Shown one piece after another: positions 36,154-50,360 of a stretch of 64,000 bases of DNA. Under the pieces are notes generated by a model. The model was given only the letters and a program-made list of their open reading frames with translations. It was not told the origin of the DNA and searched no databases. Each line of letters starts with the position of its first letter. Within the stretch, counting starts at the first letter, position 1. The stretch comes from Chiloscyllium plagiosum (taxonomy: Eukaryota), in NCBI RefSeq assembly GCF_004010195.1, contig NC_057719.1:89038649-89102648 (forward strand). The letters run 5' to 3'. A program made the position numbers and the translations under genes.

Positions 36154-37105
36154 CTATCAACTTGGGTGGCAACTTCAAGTGATCTATGGGTACGGACACT
36201 TCCACTATCCCTGATCGGCCCTACCCTCACTCTGGTCATCCTCTTGTTCCTCACACAAGTGTAGAATGCCTTAGAGATTTCCTTAATCCTACCTGCTAAA
36301 TCTTTTTCATGCCTCCTTTTGGCTCTCCTAATTCCATTCCTCAGTTACTTCCTGGCTACCTTGTAACCCTCTGGAGTCCTGTATGATCCTTGCCTCTACA
36401 ACCTTGAATAAGCTTCCTTCTTTCTCTTGACTAGATGTTCCACATCCCTTGTCACTCAAGGTTCCTTCACCCTACCATCCCTTTCTTGCCTCAGTGGGAC
36501 AAACCTATCCAGCACTATCAGCAAGTGCTCCCTAAACAACCTCCACATTTCTGTAGTGCATTTCCCTGAAAACATCTGTTTCCAGTTTGGGTGCCCTAGC
36601 TCCTGCCTATTGGCATTGTAATTCCTCCTCCCTCAGTTGAATATTTCCCATATCATCTGCTCCCAACCCTCTCCATGAGTATAGTACAGATCAGGGAGTT
36701 GCGATCACTATCACCGAAATGCTCTCCTGCCAAAAGATCTGACACCTGGCCTGATTTGTTGCCAAGCACCAAATCCAAAATGGCCTCCCCTTGTCAGCCT
36801 ATCTACATAGTGAGTCCAGAATCCTTCCTGGACACACTTGACAAAAACTACTTCATCCAAACTATTTGAACTAAGGGTGTTCCAACTAATATTAGGCTAG
36901 TTAAAGTCACCCATGACAACAACCCTTTTACTCCTGCACATTTCCAAAATCTGCCTCCCAATCTGCTCCTCTATGTCTCTGTTGCTATTGGGGTTTCTGT
37001 AGAAACCTCCCAATAAAGTGACTGCTACTTTCCTGTTTCTGACTTCCACCCATATTGACTCAGTAGACAAACCCTCCTCAATGACCTTCCTTTCTGCAGC
37101 TGTGA

Positions 37106-37287
37106 AAGGAAGGTCACTGAGGACTGCTGATGCTGGAGATCAGCGCTGAAAAATGTGTTGCTGGAAAAGCGCAGCAGGTCAGGCAGCATCCAAGGAGCAG
37201 GAGAAGAAGGGCTTATGTCCGAAACATCGATTCTCCTGCTCCTTGGATGATGCCTGACCTGCTGCGCTTTTCCAGCAACACATTTTT
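37106..37287. mobile_element. Head-to-head PLE family A mini-insertion
   Basis: TSD CAGCTGTGA (37097-37105 / 37288-37296); inverted arms. Confidence 0.8.
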
Positions 37288-40249
37288 CAGCTGTGATATT
37301 ATCCTTGATTAGCAATACCATTCCCACATCTTTTTTATCTTCCTCTCTATTCCTTTTGAAACATCAAAACCCTGGAAATTCCAACAACCATTCCTGCCCC
37401 GGTAATATCTACGTCTCTATAACGGCCACAAATCATTGTTCCAAGTACTGATCCATGCTCTAAGTTCATCGCCTTTATTCCTGATACTTCTTGCATTAAA
37501 AATGGACACACTTCAACTCATCACACTGACTGCAACTTTGCCCCATGAACTATCTATCCCTCCTCAGACTCTCTGCACGCGATAACTGGCTGCTCAGCAG
37601 CTACTCTATCCTCAGATCTGTAGCTCTGGTTCCCACGACGCTGCCAAATTAGTTTAAACCTGCCTGAAGAGCTCCTGCAAACCTCCCAACCAGGATATTG
37701 GTGCCCCTCCAGTTCAGGTGCAACCCATCCTTCTTGTATGGGTCTCACCTTCCCCAGAACATAGAACATAGAACAATACAGCACAGAAAGGTCCTTCAGC
37801 CCTTGATGTTGTGTTGACCTGTGAACCAATAGTGTAGGCCTGTCTCCCTACACTATCCCATCATCATCCATATGCTTATCCAAGGACTGTTTAAATGCCC
37901 CTAATATGGCTGAGTTAACTACATTGGCAGCAAGGTATTCCATGCCCCTACCACTCTCTGAGTAAAGAACCTGCCTCTGACATCTGTCTTAAATCTATCA
38001 CCCCTCAATTTGCAGCTATGCCCTCTCGTACAAGCAGATGTCATCATCCTAGGAAAGGTATCGCAATGATCCACATATCCGAAAGCCCTCTCTCTGACAC
38101 CAGCCCTGCAGACACATATTCATCTGCACTCGTTCTCTGTTCCTAGTATTACTACTCTGTCTATCCTGCCTTTTAGCTTCCAACCAAACTCCTCATATTC
38201 TCGTTTTAGGTTGTCATCCTTTTCCTTGCTATGTCATTGGTACTAATGTGTCCCACGACTTCTGGTGGCTCTCCCTCCCCCTTAAGAATTCTGTAGATTC
38301 AATGCGAGACATCCCTAGCTCTGGCACCCAAGAGGCAACACACTATCTGGGAGACTCATTCGCAACCACAGAATTTCCTGTCTGTTCCTCTCACCATTGA
38401 TTGGCCTATCACTATCACTCTCCTATTCTCCTCCGTCCCTTCTGAGCCACAGAGTGCCAGAAACAGGCTGCTGAGGCTTTGTCCTGATAAGTCCCCCTCA
38501 ACAACAGTCTCCAAAGCAGCAAACGTATTGTTGACGGGGACGGCCATCCTTCACTGCCTGCCTATTTCCCTTCCCTCTCCTGATGGTCACCCAGGTACCT
38601 TTATCTTGTAATTTAGGTGTGACTGCCTCCCTATAGTTCCTCGCTATCACCCCCTCAGCTTCCCAAATGATCTGAAGTTCATCTAGCTCCAGCTCCCTAA
38701 CGCAGTCTGTGAGGAACTGGAGTTGGGTGGACTTCTTGCAGGTAAAGTCAGCAGGGACACTAGTGGTGACCCTTACCTCCCACATCCTGCAAGAGGATTA
38801 TGCAAATGCCTTCACTCCATCCCGTTTGCTCTAAATTGTCAAGTGGTTGAATAAATTTTTAAAAACCGTCATCCTACCAACCCTCCACACAGGTCTTTTT
38901 CTTTAGTTAGAGGAGGAAGACGGGTGGGAGATACTATATGTGTAATGTTTCAAGTTCAGCCACAGCCCATATATATCAGTTCATTTACCCAGCAGTCATC
39001 ATGTCCGCTTCTGCTCCTGTTGAGCCTTCTGTTAAAGTACAGATTTGAGACGGCCCAGGGACTCCCTTGTGGACTCAGACCTGTAAAGTCTCTCTCTTGG
39101 TTCATCCTGGAGATCATACTCTTTGGAAGTCTGGAATAAAAACCTCTTACAGACAGGTAAGTTTAATTTTAGTCATCTCCTTTATTCACCAATAGCATCA
39201 CTGTTCCAACATAACACTGATACCTATAAGCTAAACTAACAAGGTTCTAATAACCTAGAAGAGTAGGGTACCAGCTCTTCCAGTGCCTCAGCTGGCTACT
39301 CCGATGTACTCTTACAAAGTGGCCTCCTTTATACAAAAGTTTACAAAAACATTGCATGTTCTTAATTAGACAGATGACAGCTCGTAAGGAAGAAAAGTTA
39401 ATTGATAGGTCTGTGTGCGCTTGATTGATCACTCTTACAGGCCTTGAGCTATCCATCAGGTGAGAAAAAGAAATCCAGCCAAGTTAGGCGTCTGCTCGTG
39501 AGATAAGTTCCTATAAAGAAGTACCAGTCTAAATTAAGTGGGAGATGTCATAAATTAACCTTGCACAGCTCACATGTCTGATATAATTGTTTTTACAAAA
39601 TGGCTCCTTAGCAAGGAGGGCAAACTTTTGACCATAAAATGACTTCCCGACAGATTGTGTGAGAATCTCTTCAATGTTAGGTTTCGAATAATTTTAAGCT
39701 GGGAGCAGATTCCTGCTTCTTATCTTAAGTACAGAATCATTCTGTACGTGAGGCTGTAAGGTTGTATTTAAAATGATTTATTAGTCTCAAATTAAACATA
39801 CCTTCTTTTCAAGTTTGTGATTCAAATTCAAATAAGACATAAGAACTGATTAGTTAGAATTGACAGTGATGCAATCTGTAAGGTCTGTAGAGTCGTCTGC
39901 AAGAACAGCAAGTAAGTTAAGGCTTCATCAATATTACCTTTTACAGAGTTTGCATTTAATAACTGATACTGGCTACTCAATATCATCATAAAGTCCCAAA
40001 ATGCAATTAAATTCAATCCATAGCAGATAAGCCCTAAGAGTTAATTTTCTACTGGCCTCAACAGCTTCAGCGCTAAAATGGTCTCTCTCTCTCTCTCTAG
40101 TGTCCTTTTCAACTCTCAAGTCAGCAAAGATTTTTTTACTCTCTGTGTCTGCCCCGCTTGCAAGGGGTAATAAAGATCCATTATAATTGACAGCATCTGA
40201 CTGTTAATTACAAAGTTTTTGATAGTACCGAGTTTCGTTTCAGGGTCAC

Positions 40250-41590
40250 AATCAAATAGTCATTAATTTCACCGCAAAAGAGTTGGGGGACAGCGCCTGT
40301 ATATGTAGGTGACTGTTCGATGTAGCTGACAAACAGGCAGGAATAGCTTGGCCCATGCGAATGCCCATGGCCATCTCCTGGATTTGGAGGAAATGGGAAG
40401 AGTTGAAGGAAAAGTTATTGAGGGTGTGAGCTAGTTTGGCGAGGCAGAGGAGGATATTGATGGAAGGGGACTGGATGGGTCTATTGGAGAGGATGGAGCT
40501 GAGGGCCTGAAAGTCGTTCTTGTGGGGTATGGACATATATAAGGATTGTACATCCATAGTGAAGATAAAGCACTGGGGCCAGGGAATTGGAAGTTACTGA
40601 AGAGCTGAAAGGTGTGGGTAGTGTCCTGGATGTAGGTGGAAAGTGTCTGGACCAATTCCCAAGGATGAAGTTGAGATAGGAAGAAATAAGCATTGCACGG
40701 TGGCTCAGTGGTTAGCACTGCTGCCTCACAGCACCAGGAACCTGGGTTCAATTCCTGTCTCAGGCACCTTCTGTGTGGAGTTTGCACATTTTCCTTGTGT
40801 CTGTGTGGGTTTCCTCCTACAATCCAAAGATGTGCACATTAGGTGAATTGACTATAATGTTCACGGATGTGTAGGTTAGGCACATTAATCAGGGGTAAAA
40901 GGTTTCCAGCATCATCAGTCCTTGTTTTTACCTAGTTGATTTTAACCCCACTGCGAATCCTCTTGCAAGGATTCCTGCCTTGAAGAAGTTTTCCTCCTCT
41001 TTCTACAAAAATCTCAGTGAGTCTCTCCACCCTGCAGGCTCCCTGCCTCCATTCCTGATGAAGGGCTTTTACCCAAAACATCGATTTTCCTGATCCTCAG
41101 ATGCTGCCTGACCTGCTGTGCATTTCCAGCACCACTCTAATCCAGACTCTGGTTTCCAGCATCTGCAGTCCTTGATTTTTTACCTGGTTAAAGTAGCGTA
41201 ACAGGTTTTGGGGAAAGGGTTTGGGTGGGATACTCTTCGGAGTGTCAGTGTGGACTTGTTGGGCCAAAGGACCTGTTTCCACTCTGTAGAGATTCTATAA
41301 TTCCAAATGAATTTGGTGGGGTAGGAGCATGCAGGGATAGTGCGTCAGCCAGGGTAATTTATCTTGTGGATCATGGGGACCAGGTAGGACCGGGCCGTGC
41401 AGGGCTGGGGGACGAAGAGCTTGGAAATGGTGAAGGGTAGATCATTGGAGATGATGAGGTCCTGGACAGTGTGAGTAATCGTGGCCTGGTGGGTCACCAG
41501 GTGGGGTTGCAGTGAAGGGGTAGGTAGGACATGGTATTGGAGGGCTGGTTTCCGGCCTCTGTGACTTAGAGGTCATTCCTCCAGACTACC
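40250..41590 (-). mobile_element. Penelope-like RT fragment interrupted by an HE1-like SINE (40694-41290, +), itself interrupted by a PLE tail (about 40902-41190)
   Basis: 'MDVQSLYMSIPH..LNNFSFNSSHFLQIQEMAMG'; SINE head at 40694 and tail near 41210-41290. Confidence 0.78.
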
Positions 41591-42032
41591 ATATTGACTG
41601 TTGTTCTCTATAATACACAGGGACAGCTGTTCTCTGTACTGTATGAAGGCACTGCGGGTCTCATAGTGCATTCAATATCAAGATAGGAATTTTATTCAAT
41701 CACTGCTTCCCAAAATTTTCCAGTATGACTCCTCCTAATGCCTCAGAGTCTGTGTCACACAAAATTAATTTTTTTGGGGGGCGTGGTTTGAGAATTACTG
41801 ATCAGTGGGGGAAGGGGAGGCAGCTGTGGTATTAACAACAGATTATGAATACATTTGGACTTCAATTATTAATGAAATAACATTGAGATTATTCATCTTT
41901 TACAATCAGCAACTGACTTTGATGTAATAGAGTTCTAACTATTAATTATAATCATTTTATTTTACAAATTAGAGGTGATCTTTGGTGAAATTATTTCCCA
42001 ATTATTGAAAGAAGAAGCAACTAATTTATTAA

Positions 42033-42526
42033 TGTGAGAAACAGAACTCACTCACAAATCAGCCTGAGACAAAGCCTTGGAAACAAGAACAATTTATTAC
42101 AGCCTTGCAAGCACCAGATGCTTCTGCAATCAAGCAGAAATGCACGCGAAAACAAAGCATGTAAGCATTCTTATTCAATTTGCAAGTTGCGGAATCACGC
42201 CTCCCTTTTCCCATCCTATCAAAAGCCGATTACCTCTCTTGTTTTTTTTCTCTAGTTATTTTCTTATCTGGCCATCCTGCTGACCTTGTATGTCTGCATT
42301 CTTTGTTCCTTGTTTGTTACAGCTTGTTCTTTTATCCAGTTTCTCTTATCACACTATAAGCTTTATTGTGAAATGCCCCTGCTGCTTCTTTTTGTGGTCA
42401 GCTACTACCCTTCATAGTTATTTCCTAGCTTAAAACTATTTTCTTTAAAAAACCCTCTATATTCATTAAAGTCTTAGCCTTAAGTATGCTATATGCTACA
42501 AGAATTCCGCGATGGTTTGTATAATA
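42033..42526 (-). repeat. Possible LTR (minus strand) with an adjacent polypurine tract
   Basis: Minus strand ends ...TCTCACA, AATAAA about 60 bp from that end, purine tract GGGAAGGGGAA immediately upstream. Confidence 0.4.
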
Positions 42527-42612
42527 TTCCCCTTCCCTCCCTCCACAACACTCCCTCCCCCACCTGCAGAAACTACATTTCTAATCTCCCACGGGAACTC
42601 TGTAAATAACTA

Positions 42613-42964
42613 CAGGTAGACAACCCTTTATTCGAAATCCCAAAATCCTAAAAGCTCCGAAATCTGAAGGTTTTCTCGTGAAGATTTTTTTCTCATTAAC
42701 AAGGTTGTTTGGCATTCAAACTGTTAACCCAACTCCACACCCACTTGATGTGTGTCACTCAGATACAACATGTGGCACCTTGGCCCAGCACTGGCAAGCC
42801 TCAATTCTGTTTCAGGGCCTGTTTCACTCGCAGTGCGCCTGCTGTTTGGTAAGATTTTTTTAAAAATTTCACCATCAAACTGTCACTTATTCTGAAATTC
42901 AAAAAATTCTGAATTCCAAAAACCAGTTGGTCCCGAACATTTCAGATAAAGGATTTTGCACCTG
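42613..42964. mobile_element. Non-autonomous pogo/Tigger-type (Tc1/mariner superfamily) MITE
   Basis: TA TSDs; imperfect TIRs CAGGTAGACAACCCTTTATTCGAAAT ... ATTTCAGATAAAGGATTTTGCACCTG, with repeated AAATCC subterminal motifs. Confidence 0.8.
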
Positions 42965-43616
42965 TAAATCCTGATTCATCTTAAGGTGGCCATTGTGAAA
43001 TGTCTCTGAGATGCTGGCAATCTGTCCCACTCCCAACCACCTTCTTCCTCACACTGGGAACTTTTCCTTTTTGGGGAGAAGTCAGTCACTTTTGAAAGTT
43101 ACTGTTGAATCTGCTTCTACTGGATATTCAGATGATCCCAAATGGATCACCCCAATTCACTGAGTAAAATCATCTCCCCTCATCCTTACCTCGATTTTTG
43201 CCACTTAAAGTTGTGTTACCAACCATCCTGCAGTAAAAACAGTTTCTACCAATGTAGATAAAAATTCCTAAAATATTTCCTCACCTGGATAAAATCACTC
43301 TTTAATCCTGAATGCTTGAAGGCAAATAATATGCAACATGAAGTGATATGCCATCAGAAACTCATTTTGAGGTCAAATTTAACAAATTGCCTGGTTGAGC
43401 CTTCGACATTTCCCAGGGAGAGGGATATAATTACTAGTTAAGGAACAGAATTGGTAGCAGAGACTGAAGACCATTGCTTTGGCCTTAATTTTTATTTGGA
43501 GGAAATTTCTGCTCATCTGTTACTGTATGTGCAGTACTCAAACTGATAATTATGCAACAGTGGAGGAATGGAGATGGATGATGGTGAAATGGAGCAAAAT
43601 GTTTCTTTTTCTTTTG

Positions 43617-43928
43617 ATTAGATTAGATTCCCTACAGTGTGGAAACAGACCCTTCAGCCCAACAAGTCCACACCAACCCTCTGAAGAGTAACCCACCCAG
43701 ACCCATTTCCCCTCTGACTAATGCACCTAACACTATGGGTAATTTAGCATGGCCAATCTAACCTGCACATCTTTGGACTGTGGGAGGAAACTGGAGCACC
43801 TGGAGGAAACCCACGCAGACAGGGGGAGAACGTGCAAACTCCACATAGTCACCCGAGGCTGGAATCAAACCTGGGACCCTGGAGCTGTGAGGCAGCAGTG
43901 CTAATCACTGAGCCACCGTACTGCCCCC
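43617..43928 (-). mobile_element. HE1-like SINE
   Basis: Reverse complement of the SINE consensus with an (AATCT)n tail. Confidence 0.88.
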
Positions 43929-46029
43929 CTGGGGTATGTGTTTAAACTAACACTGTTTTTGAATGGATGAGAAATTTGAAGGGCCTACCACAGATCCTTG
44001 GAGGACACCCAGGGTATCAGGTTGGTCAAATGGACAAGATGAGCATTGGAGGGAACTGATCAGATGGTCTCATTGAGTCACAAAGTTAACAGTTCCTCAA
44101 TTGTCATTAGACTTGAAGATGGAAGAAATAGTGAAAGCCTTCAATGTGGAACAGGAATGGACCATTCAGTCTCTTAGCCTGCTCCACCAATTACCTCATG
44201 GCTGGTCTTTCTTTCCTGCAGTATTCCTATTGTCATTCACCTCCAGAAAACTGTTGATTTATCCTCAATGGTTGAGATTCCATGAACCCCTAGGTAGAAA
44301 ATTCCAAAGGTTCACCACCCTTTGAGTGAAAAGATTTGCCTCACCCTAACGTATACCTTATTTCTGAGAAAATGTCACCTGATTATAGATTCAACTGCTA
44401 GGGAAGAAATCCTATCAACATCCATGCTGTAAGGATCTTGTAAGTTTCAATGAAATTGCCTTTATTCTCCAAATGTTATTACCCCACTAGATGGTAATAG
44501 GTTGGATTTCCGAGTGAAACTTGGCTTGGTAGATCATAAGCTTTAAGTTTGAAATTTGGAGAGGATGGCGGTTAATTACTGAACATATTCACACGATGCT
44601 ACCAATTTTCTTTCAATAAACAACACATGTTTATTGCACAAAAGAGTAGAAGTTTCTGTATGTATAACTACTTTGAAAGACCTTAACATAAACAGCAGTT
44701 TAATCCATTTCCCCTGCAACATCCTTTACAAATGCTCAGTGAAGTATCACACCTATCATTTTTTGATTCATTCTCAGGATGTGATGTTGCTGGCACTGCC
44801 AACATTTATTGCCCAACCCTAATTGCCCACAAAAAGATGATGATAACTGACTTCTTGAATGTTTGCAGTCCTTGCGGTATCGGGTCATTGACAGTAGTGT
44901 TAGGTCCATACTCTTGACCCAGTGATGATGAAAGGAAGATAATTTGGCCCAAGTTATGATGGAGTATGGGTTGAGAGCAAAGTTGCAATAAGTGGTATTC
45001 CCATCTATTGATTGTTTAGGCTTTCTGGGTGAGAGACAGTGAGAAAGTTCTGTTGGAGGAGCCTTGGTGAGTTACTGCATTGTACATTGTAGATGCTGCA
45101 CACTTCTGCAACTATTGGGGAGCCAATTGGGAGGCTTTGGCATTTTTTGCATTCATGTAACTAAGCAACTTTTAGAGTCCACCTTTATGCTCCTTCTGTG
45201 CTTCCATATATCTTCTCTTTCCCCTTTCATTACCTTCTTGGTAATCCATTGTTAGATTAAAAATTACACCCAATCCCCTGGTTCATCATTTTTTCGTGCG
45301 ACCTTCAAAACTACTACCTTTTATCTAATATAATCTTACAGTTCTTTTGTCAGCCATAGCTGATTTATTTTTCCTACTGTCTTCAGGAAATGCTTAATTG
45401 TTGTAAACCATGCAATACATCTTCAAATCCTCATTACTGTGTAATTTCAAACCATTTTGTGTGTTTTTCCAATCCATCACAGCCAACTTGCCATTCCAAT
45501 CTTCATAGTTTACATTATTCAGGTTGGAGATCTCAATTCCAGAATGAACTATATCATTTTCAAACTTGATTAAAAAATCCACATCATGGTCTCTATTCAA
45601 CAAAGGCCCCTCAACAGTAAAGTTATCAATTACAGTTTCACTTTACAGAATACTAAATCTAAAACAATCTGTTTCCTTTTTGATCCTTCAATGTTCTACT
45701 TCAGAAATGCTTCAGTACAAACTGCAGAAATTCATCCTCCACAGCATTCGTGCTGAGTAGCATCTCCCAGACAGTATGGAAAATGAAGTCATCTATTTTT
45801 AACTTATAGCCCATTTACATGGATCAGAAGATAAAGTTTCTGATCTTTATTCAAAGGAATTTTCGGGGACATTAAACAGCTTCAGCAGACATGAGTTCAA
45901 TGTAACATCCAAATATTTCTCTTTACCCCTAGTATTCTCACATAAAGCTGAGCTGGATGTTTTAACATGCTTTATCCTGAATGTAATTAACAGAAAAATA
46001 TCCTGAAATCACTCGTAAACTTGCTACTA

Positions 46030-46232
<203 letters not shown>

Positions 46233-47633
46233 TCATTCTGGACATTTAACAGGCATCTCATTGGAATGAACATGTTGATGGCGTATCAGATCCCAGGATC
46301 TTACATAGCACTTCCCACAGTGTGTGCATTTAAAAGGTCTTTCTCCAGTGTGAACTCGCTGGTGTGTCATCAGGTGAATTTTCTGAGTGAATCCCTTCCC
46401 ACAGTCGGAGCAGGTGAACGGTCTCTCTCCGGTATGAGTGCGCTGATGTACAGTGAGACGAGATGACCACTTGAAGCCAGTCCCACACTGAGAGCACCTG
46501 AATGGTCTGTCATCAGTGTGAACACGTTGGTGTAACTTCAGCTCCCTGGAGCTTTTATAACTCCTCGTACAATCTGGACATTTGAAGGGTCTCTCCTCAG
46601 TGTGAATTCGCTGGTGTGCCTTGAGATGGCAAGCCTCACAAAATCCCTTCCCACACTCAGTACAAGTGAATGGCTTCTCCCCAGAATGAACTCGCTGATG
46701 CTTCAACAGGGTGGAGAACCGATAGAATACCTGCCCACACTCAGAGCAGATGAATGATCTCTCCCCAGTGTGAAGACGCTGGTGTAGAGTGAGTTGAGAT
46801 GATCTCTTGAATCCATTCCCACAGTGAGAGCACCTGAATGGTCTCTCATCAGTGTGAACACGGTGATGGACAATCAACTCCCTGGAACCTTTAAAGCACT
46901 TCCCACACTCTGAGCATTTAAAAGGTCTCTCATCAGTGTGAACACGTTTATGGGACTGCAAATAATGGGAACTTTTAAAGCACTTCCCACAGTCTGTACA
47001 TTTAAAAGGTCTCTCCTCAGTGTGAACCTGCTGATGTGACTTGAGATGGGATGATTGAGTGAATCCAATTCCACATTCGGAGCAGGTGAATGGCCTCTCC
47101 CCTGTGTGAATGCGCTGGTGAACAGTAAGCTGAGATGACCACTTGAAACCAGCCCCACAGTCAGAGCACCTAAACCGTCTCTCCTCAGTGTGGACACGCC
47201 GATGGGACATCAGCTCACTGGAACTTTTATAGCACTTCCCACAGTCTAGACATTTAAAAGGTCTCTCCTCAGTGTGAACACGCCGATGGGACATCAGATC
47301 ACTGGAACTTTTAAAGTACTTCTCACAGTCTGGACATTTAAAAGGTCTCTCCTCACTGTGAACTCTCTGGTGTTTCAACAGGGTGGATAACTGAGTAAAT
47401 CGCCTCCCACAAAGGGAGCAAATGAATGGCCTCTCTCCAGTGTGAACACGTTGGTGAATTTCGAGTGCAGAGCAGTGACTGAACCCTTTCTCACAGTAAC
47501 CACACTTCCATGGTTTCTCCCCAGCGTGACTGCATTTGTGTTTCTTGAGACTAGTTGATTGGCTGAAACCTTTTCTGCATCCTGAACATGTGTAACTGTT
47601 CTCCTCACTGTGAGCAATGCTTTCTCCTTCCAT
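46233..47633 (-). CDS. Tandem C2H2 (Kruppel-type) zinc-finger protein, 16 fingers, 466 aa, no recognisable effector domain
   Basis: Uninterrupted ORF with 16 CX2CX12HX3H units and TGERPF linkers; acceptor ...caattaacAG| at 47741. Confidence 0.95.
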   Translation of the reverse strand: MEGESIAHSEENSYTCSGCRKGFSQSTSLKKHKCSHAGEKPWKCGYCEKGFSHCSALEIHQRVHTGERPFICSLCGRRFTQLSTLLKHQRVHSEERPFKCPDCEKYFKSSSDLMSHRRVHTEERPFKCLDCGKCYKSSSELMSHRRVHTEERRFRCSDCGAGFKWSSQLTVHQRIHTGERPFTCSECGIGFTQSSHLKSHQQVHTEERPFKCTDCGKCFKSSHYLQSHKRVHTDERPFKCSECGKCFKGSRELIVHHRVHTDERPFRCSHCGNGFKRSSQLTLHQRLHTGERSFICSECGQVFYRFSTLLKHQRVHSGEKPFTCTECGKGFCEACHLKAHQRIHTEERPFKCPDCTRSYKSSRELKLHQRVHTDDRPFRCSQCGTGFKWSSRLTVHQRTHTGERPFTCSDCGKGFTQKIHLMTHQRVHTGERPFKCTHCGKCYVRSWDLIRHQHVHSNEMPVKCPE

Positions 47634-48719
47634 GTTTAAAATCTGTTGATAGTCTAGTTATGATAGATTGGGTGACTCCATCAGATCAGTGTGATGTTTG
47701 GTTTCAGTATCCTGACTTCAAAGCCTCTATTTCGCCTACCCTGTTAATTGACATAAACAGAAAAATGGAATGAGAGACAAGACACAAAGATATAAATTCA
47801 GGTTATGAGATTATATGAGTGAATCTGGCAATATGTGGGGAGGTGGCATTTTGGAAAAGTGACCAACAAAGCTGGTGGATTGTCATAGAAATTGAACAGA
47901 GGCTGAACTAATAACAATTTGGGAATTAGCCTGCTACGTCTGCTCAGGCCTGCAAAAGTCAGTAGCACATTTATGGTGCAGAGTGACAGAGAAAAGAGAG
48001 AGATATGGGGAGGAGGTTGGAGAGGCAGGGATCAAAGAAAGGGGACTCCATATATCTAAACATCCATACATTTGATAGGAGTTTCACCATCTCAAAGGTT
48101 CAGGCTAGTACATCTAAATACTTGTCATTATCACCAAGTTATCCTCCAAGATGCACCATCCTGACTTGTTTGACATTCATTACTGGAGGAACAGACTTCC
48201 TTTGATTAAATATTAGGAGGATGAAAGTTAATACCTTCAATCCCTCCTACGAACTCCATTCCTTAGCCGATTGAATTCCTCTCTCTGGCATCTGACTGGT
48301 GCTGAAACAGACTGTTCAGAACCTTGGCATCCCAAATTGAGACCCCAACCAAAACAAAACTCCGGATGCTGCAAATCAGAAACGAAGGAAGAAGTTGCTG
48401 GAAAAGCTCAGCAGCATATGTGAACAGAAATCAAAAAAAGTCAACTTTGATTTCTCTTCACAGATGCTTCAGACCCGCTGAGCTTTTTTTCCAGCAAATT
48501 GTTTTTGTTTGAGATTCCAGCCATAATCATCTGTAAAACCACCAATGTTCACTTCGATATCATCACCAACTTCACCCCATTCTCAAATGACGTGCTTCTT
48601 AACTCATCCATTCCATTATGGTCTGTAGACTTATTGATGCTATCAGACCCCACAATCACCCTCCCTGTAGTTGATGTTACTCCCCTACTTGCCTCCTCAC
48701 ACCGACCCTTGCTCAGTTA

Positions 48720-49100
48720 TGTCACAGCATTCGCCCACTGGGATGGCCGCGCACGCGCTCTAGCCTGAGAAGAATGGCAGGCCTGAAGCCCGCAACTCCC
48801 TGGTCCCTCAAACAAAAAACAACTTGCGGTCGTATACCTGGGCCCCTGCCTTGGACAAAGACCGGATCTCCTAACGCGGGGCCCGGAGAGTCTTATTCGG
48901 GCCTTGCAACCGACACAAGGCGTTAACGAGATATCGCTGTTCCTTTGTCCCAGCCACGCTCTCACATAACGGCTCCACTCCCTTTGCCGCCGATCGCAGC
49001 CATCGGTGAAAACGGCTGTGTCTTTCACAGGCCCCCATCAACATTAAACTGCGCATGCTCCACATACAAACCGAACTGCGCTTGCGTTGAGAATACAGTA
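48720..49100 (-). promoter_or_regulatory. CpG-rich promoter and probable non-coding first exon of the ZNF gene
   Basis: CpG-dense relative to the flanks; NRF1-like TGCGCATGC near 49050; minus-strand donor CAG|GTATAC at 48838/48837. Confidence 0.6.
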
Positions 49101-49114
49101 TTCATGTCAACAAG

Positions 49115-49946
49115 CTTAAAAATCACATAACGCCAGGTTATATTCCAACAGGTTTATTTGGAAGCACTAGCTTTCGAAGCGCTGCTTTTTCATCAGGTGT
49201 CTGTGGAGCAACTTCATAAAATACAGGATTTATAGCAACAGGGTTGCAGTGTCATGGGATGTAATATTAAAGAAATTTAGATTGTTTCATCTTTTAGAAT
49301 GATTACGTTAGTTTCGGTTCTTTAATATATAAATCCCGGAACTTTTTAAAAAGTTACATTCTCAAGATATCTTTAACAATAGGTGCCATATCAGCTCATT
49401 TAGGGTGTGTGCATGTGGGGTGTTTGTGTGTGTATGTGTATGTGAATTGGGGTATAAGTCTGTGAAGAGTTGCGTGTGTGGTGCATGTGTGAGCTCTCTC
49501 AAACGCTCACACTTACATCACCCCCCCCTCACACACACACACACCTTTTCAGACTTATACCCCATTACACTCACACATACACCTACCTACACACACACTC
49601 AGTCTCCCCTGCACGCACATACCTGCAAGTTTGTGGGGTGAATTTGTACTTGCAGAATTACATTTTATTTTGCTCAAAAACTCCATAAATCCATGTAAGA
49701 TTCTGTAAGTCCCATTTTAGAAACATAATCAATCCGACCCAACACTGGGACACAGACTTTAACCTCACACCTTCAATGCATTAGCTGAGCTGAGCTGACC
49801 TTGATACCTTGAGAATGTAACTTTACAACCACATGAAGAAGCAGCGCTTAGAAAGCTAGTGCTTCCAAATAAACCTGTTGGACTATCACTTAGTGTTGTG
49901 TGATTTTTAATTTTGTCCACCCCAGTCTAGCACTGGCACCTCCAGA
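49115..49946. mobile_element. ORF-less family B PLE-type insertion with inverted ends, inside the CpG promoter region
   Basis: Perfect 13-bp TSD TCATGTCAACAAG (49102-49114 / 49947-49959); degenerate hammerhead motifs near 49165-49199 (-) and 49830-49861 (+). Confidence 0.85.
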
Positions 49947-50109
49947 TCATGTCAACAAGGAATATTCGGTAAAAGGATCGCCATTCACAATTGTTCTGCG
50001 GGCCTTAAAGGAAGTTTCTTATTCGACTTCTGTAAATTAATTTGAAATACATAAATTATCATGAGCTGCACCTCAATTATTTCTTAAGATGTCCCATTGA
50101 TTTAATGGG

Positions 50110-50360
50110 AGATTTAGTGTTCCACGACGTCATGAGAATAAACCGAATTTGTAAAACATTCTGCTTCTTCCCCTCCTGACCGTTTCTGAAGCGTGCACTC
50201 CCCGTCAATCCTCCGGCCCCGCCCCTCACTTCCTCCCATTGGCAAAATTTCGTTCAGGCGCAGCTCACCAGCTGTGCCCCAGAAACATTTTACAGGCACA
50301 ACGATGCAATCCATCCCAAAAAAGGAAATCAAGGGGACTCTCTTGTGACGAGGTAGGAAT
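50110..50360. promoter_or_regulatory. Promoter-like motif cluster
   Basis: CRE-like GACGTCA near 50126, GC box GGCCCCGCCCC near 50215, ATTGG (reverse CCAAT) near 50238, possible plus-strand donor GAG|GTAGG near 50352. Confidence 0.4.

Larger units (their letters stand above)
35301..38900 (-). mobile_element. Near-full-length CR1 LINE with a large internal deletion, retaining ORF1 (zinc-finger/leucine-zipper plus SGNH esterase-like); nested CR1 tail at about 37758-38055
   Basis: ORF1 remnants 'FTCKKSTQLQFL..RELEL' and 'RRVIVIGQSMVRGTDRKFCG'; ORF2 endonuclease remnants near 36650-37540; 3' tail near 35301. Confidence 0.8.
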
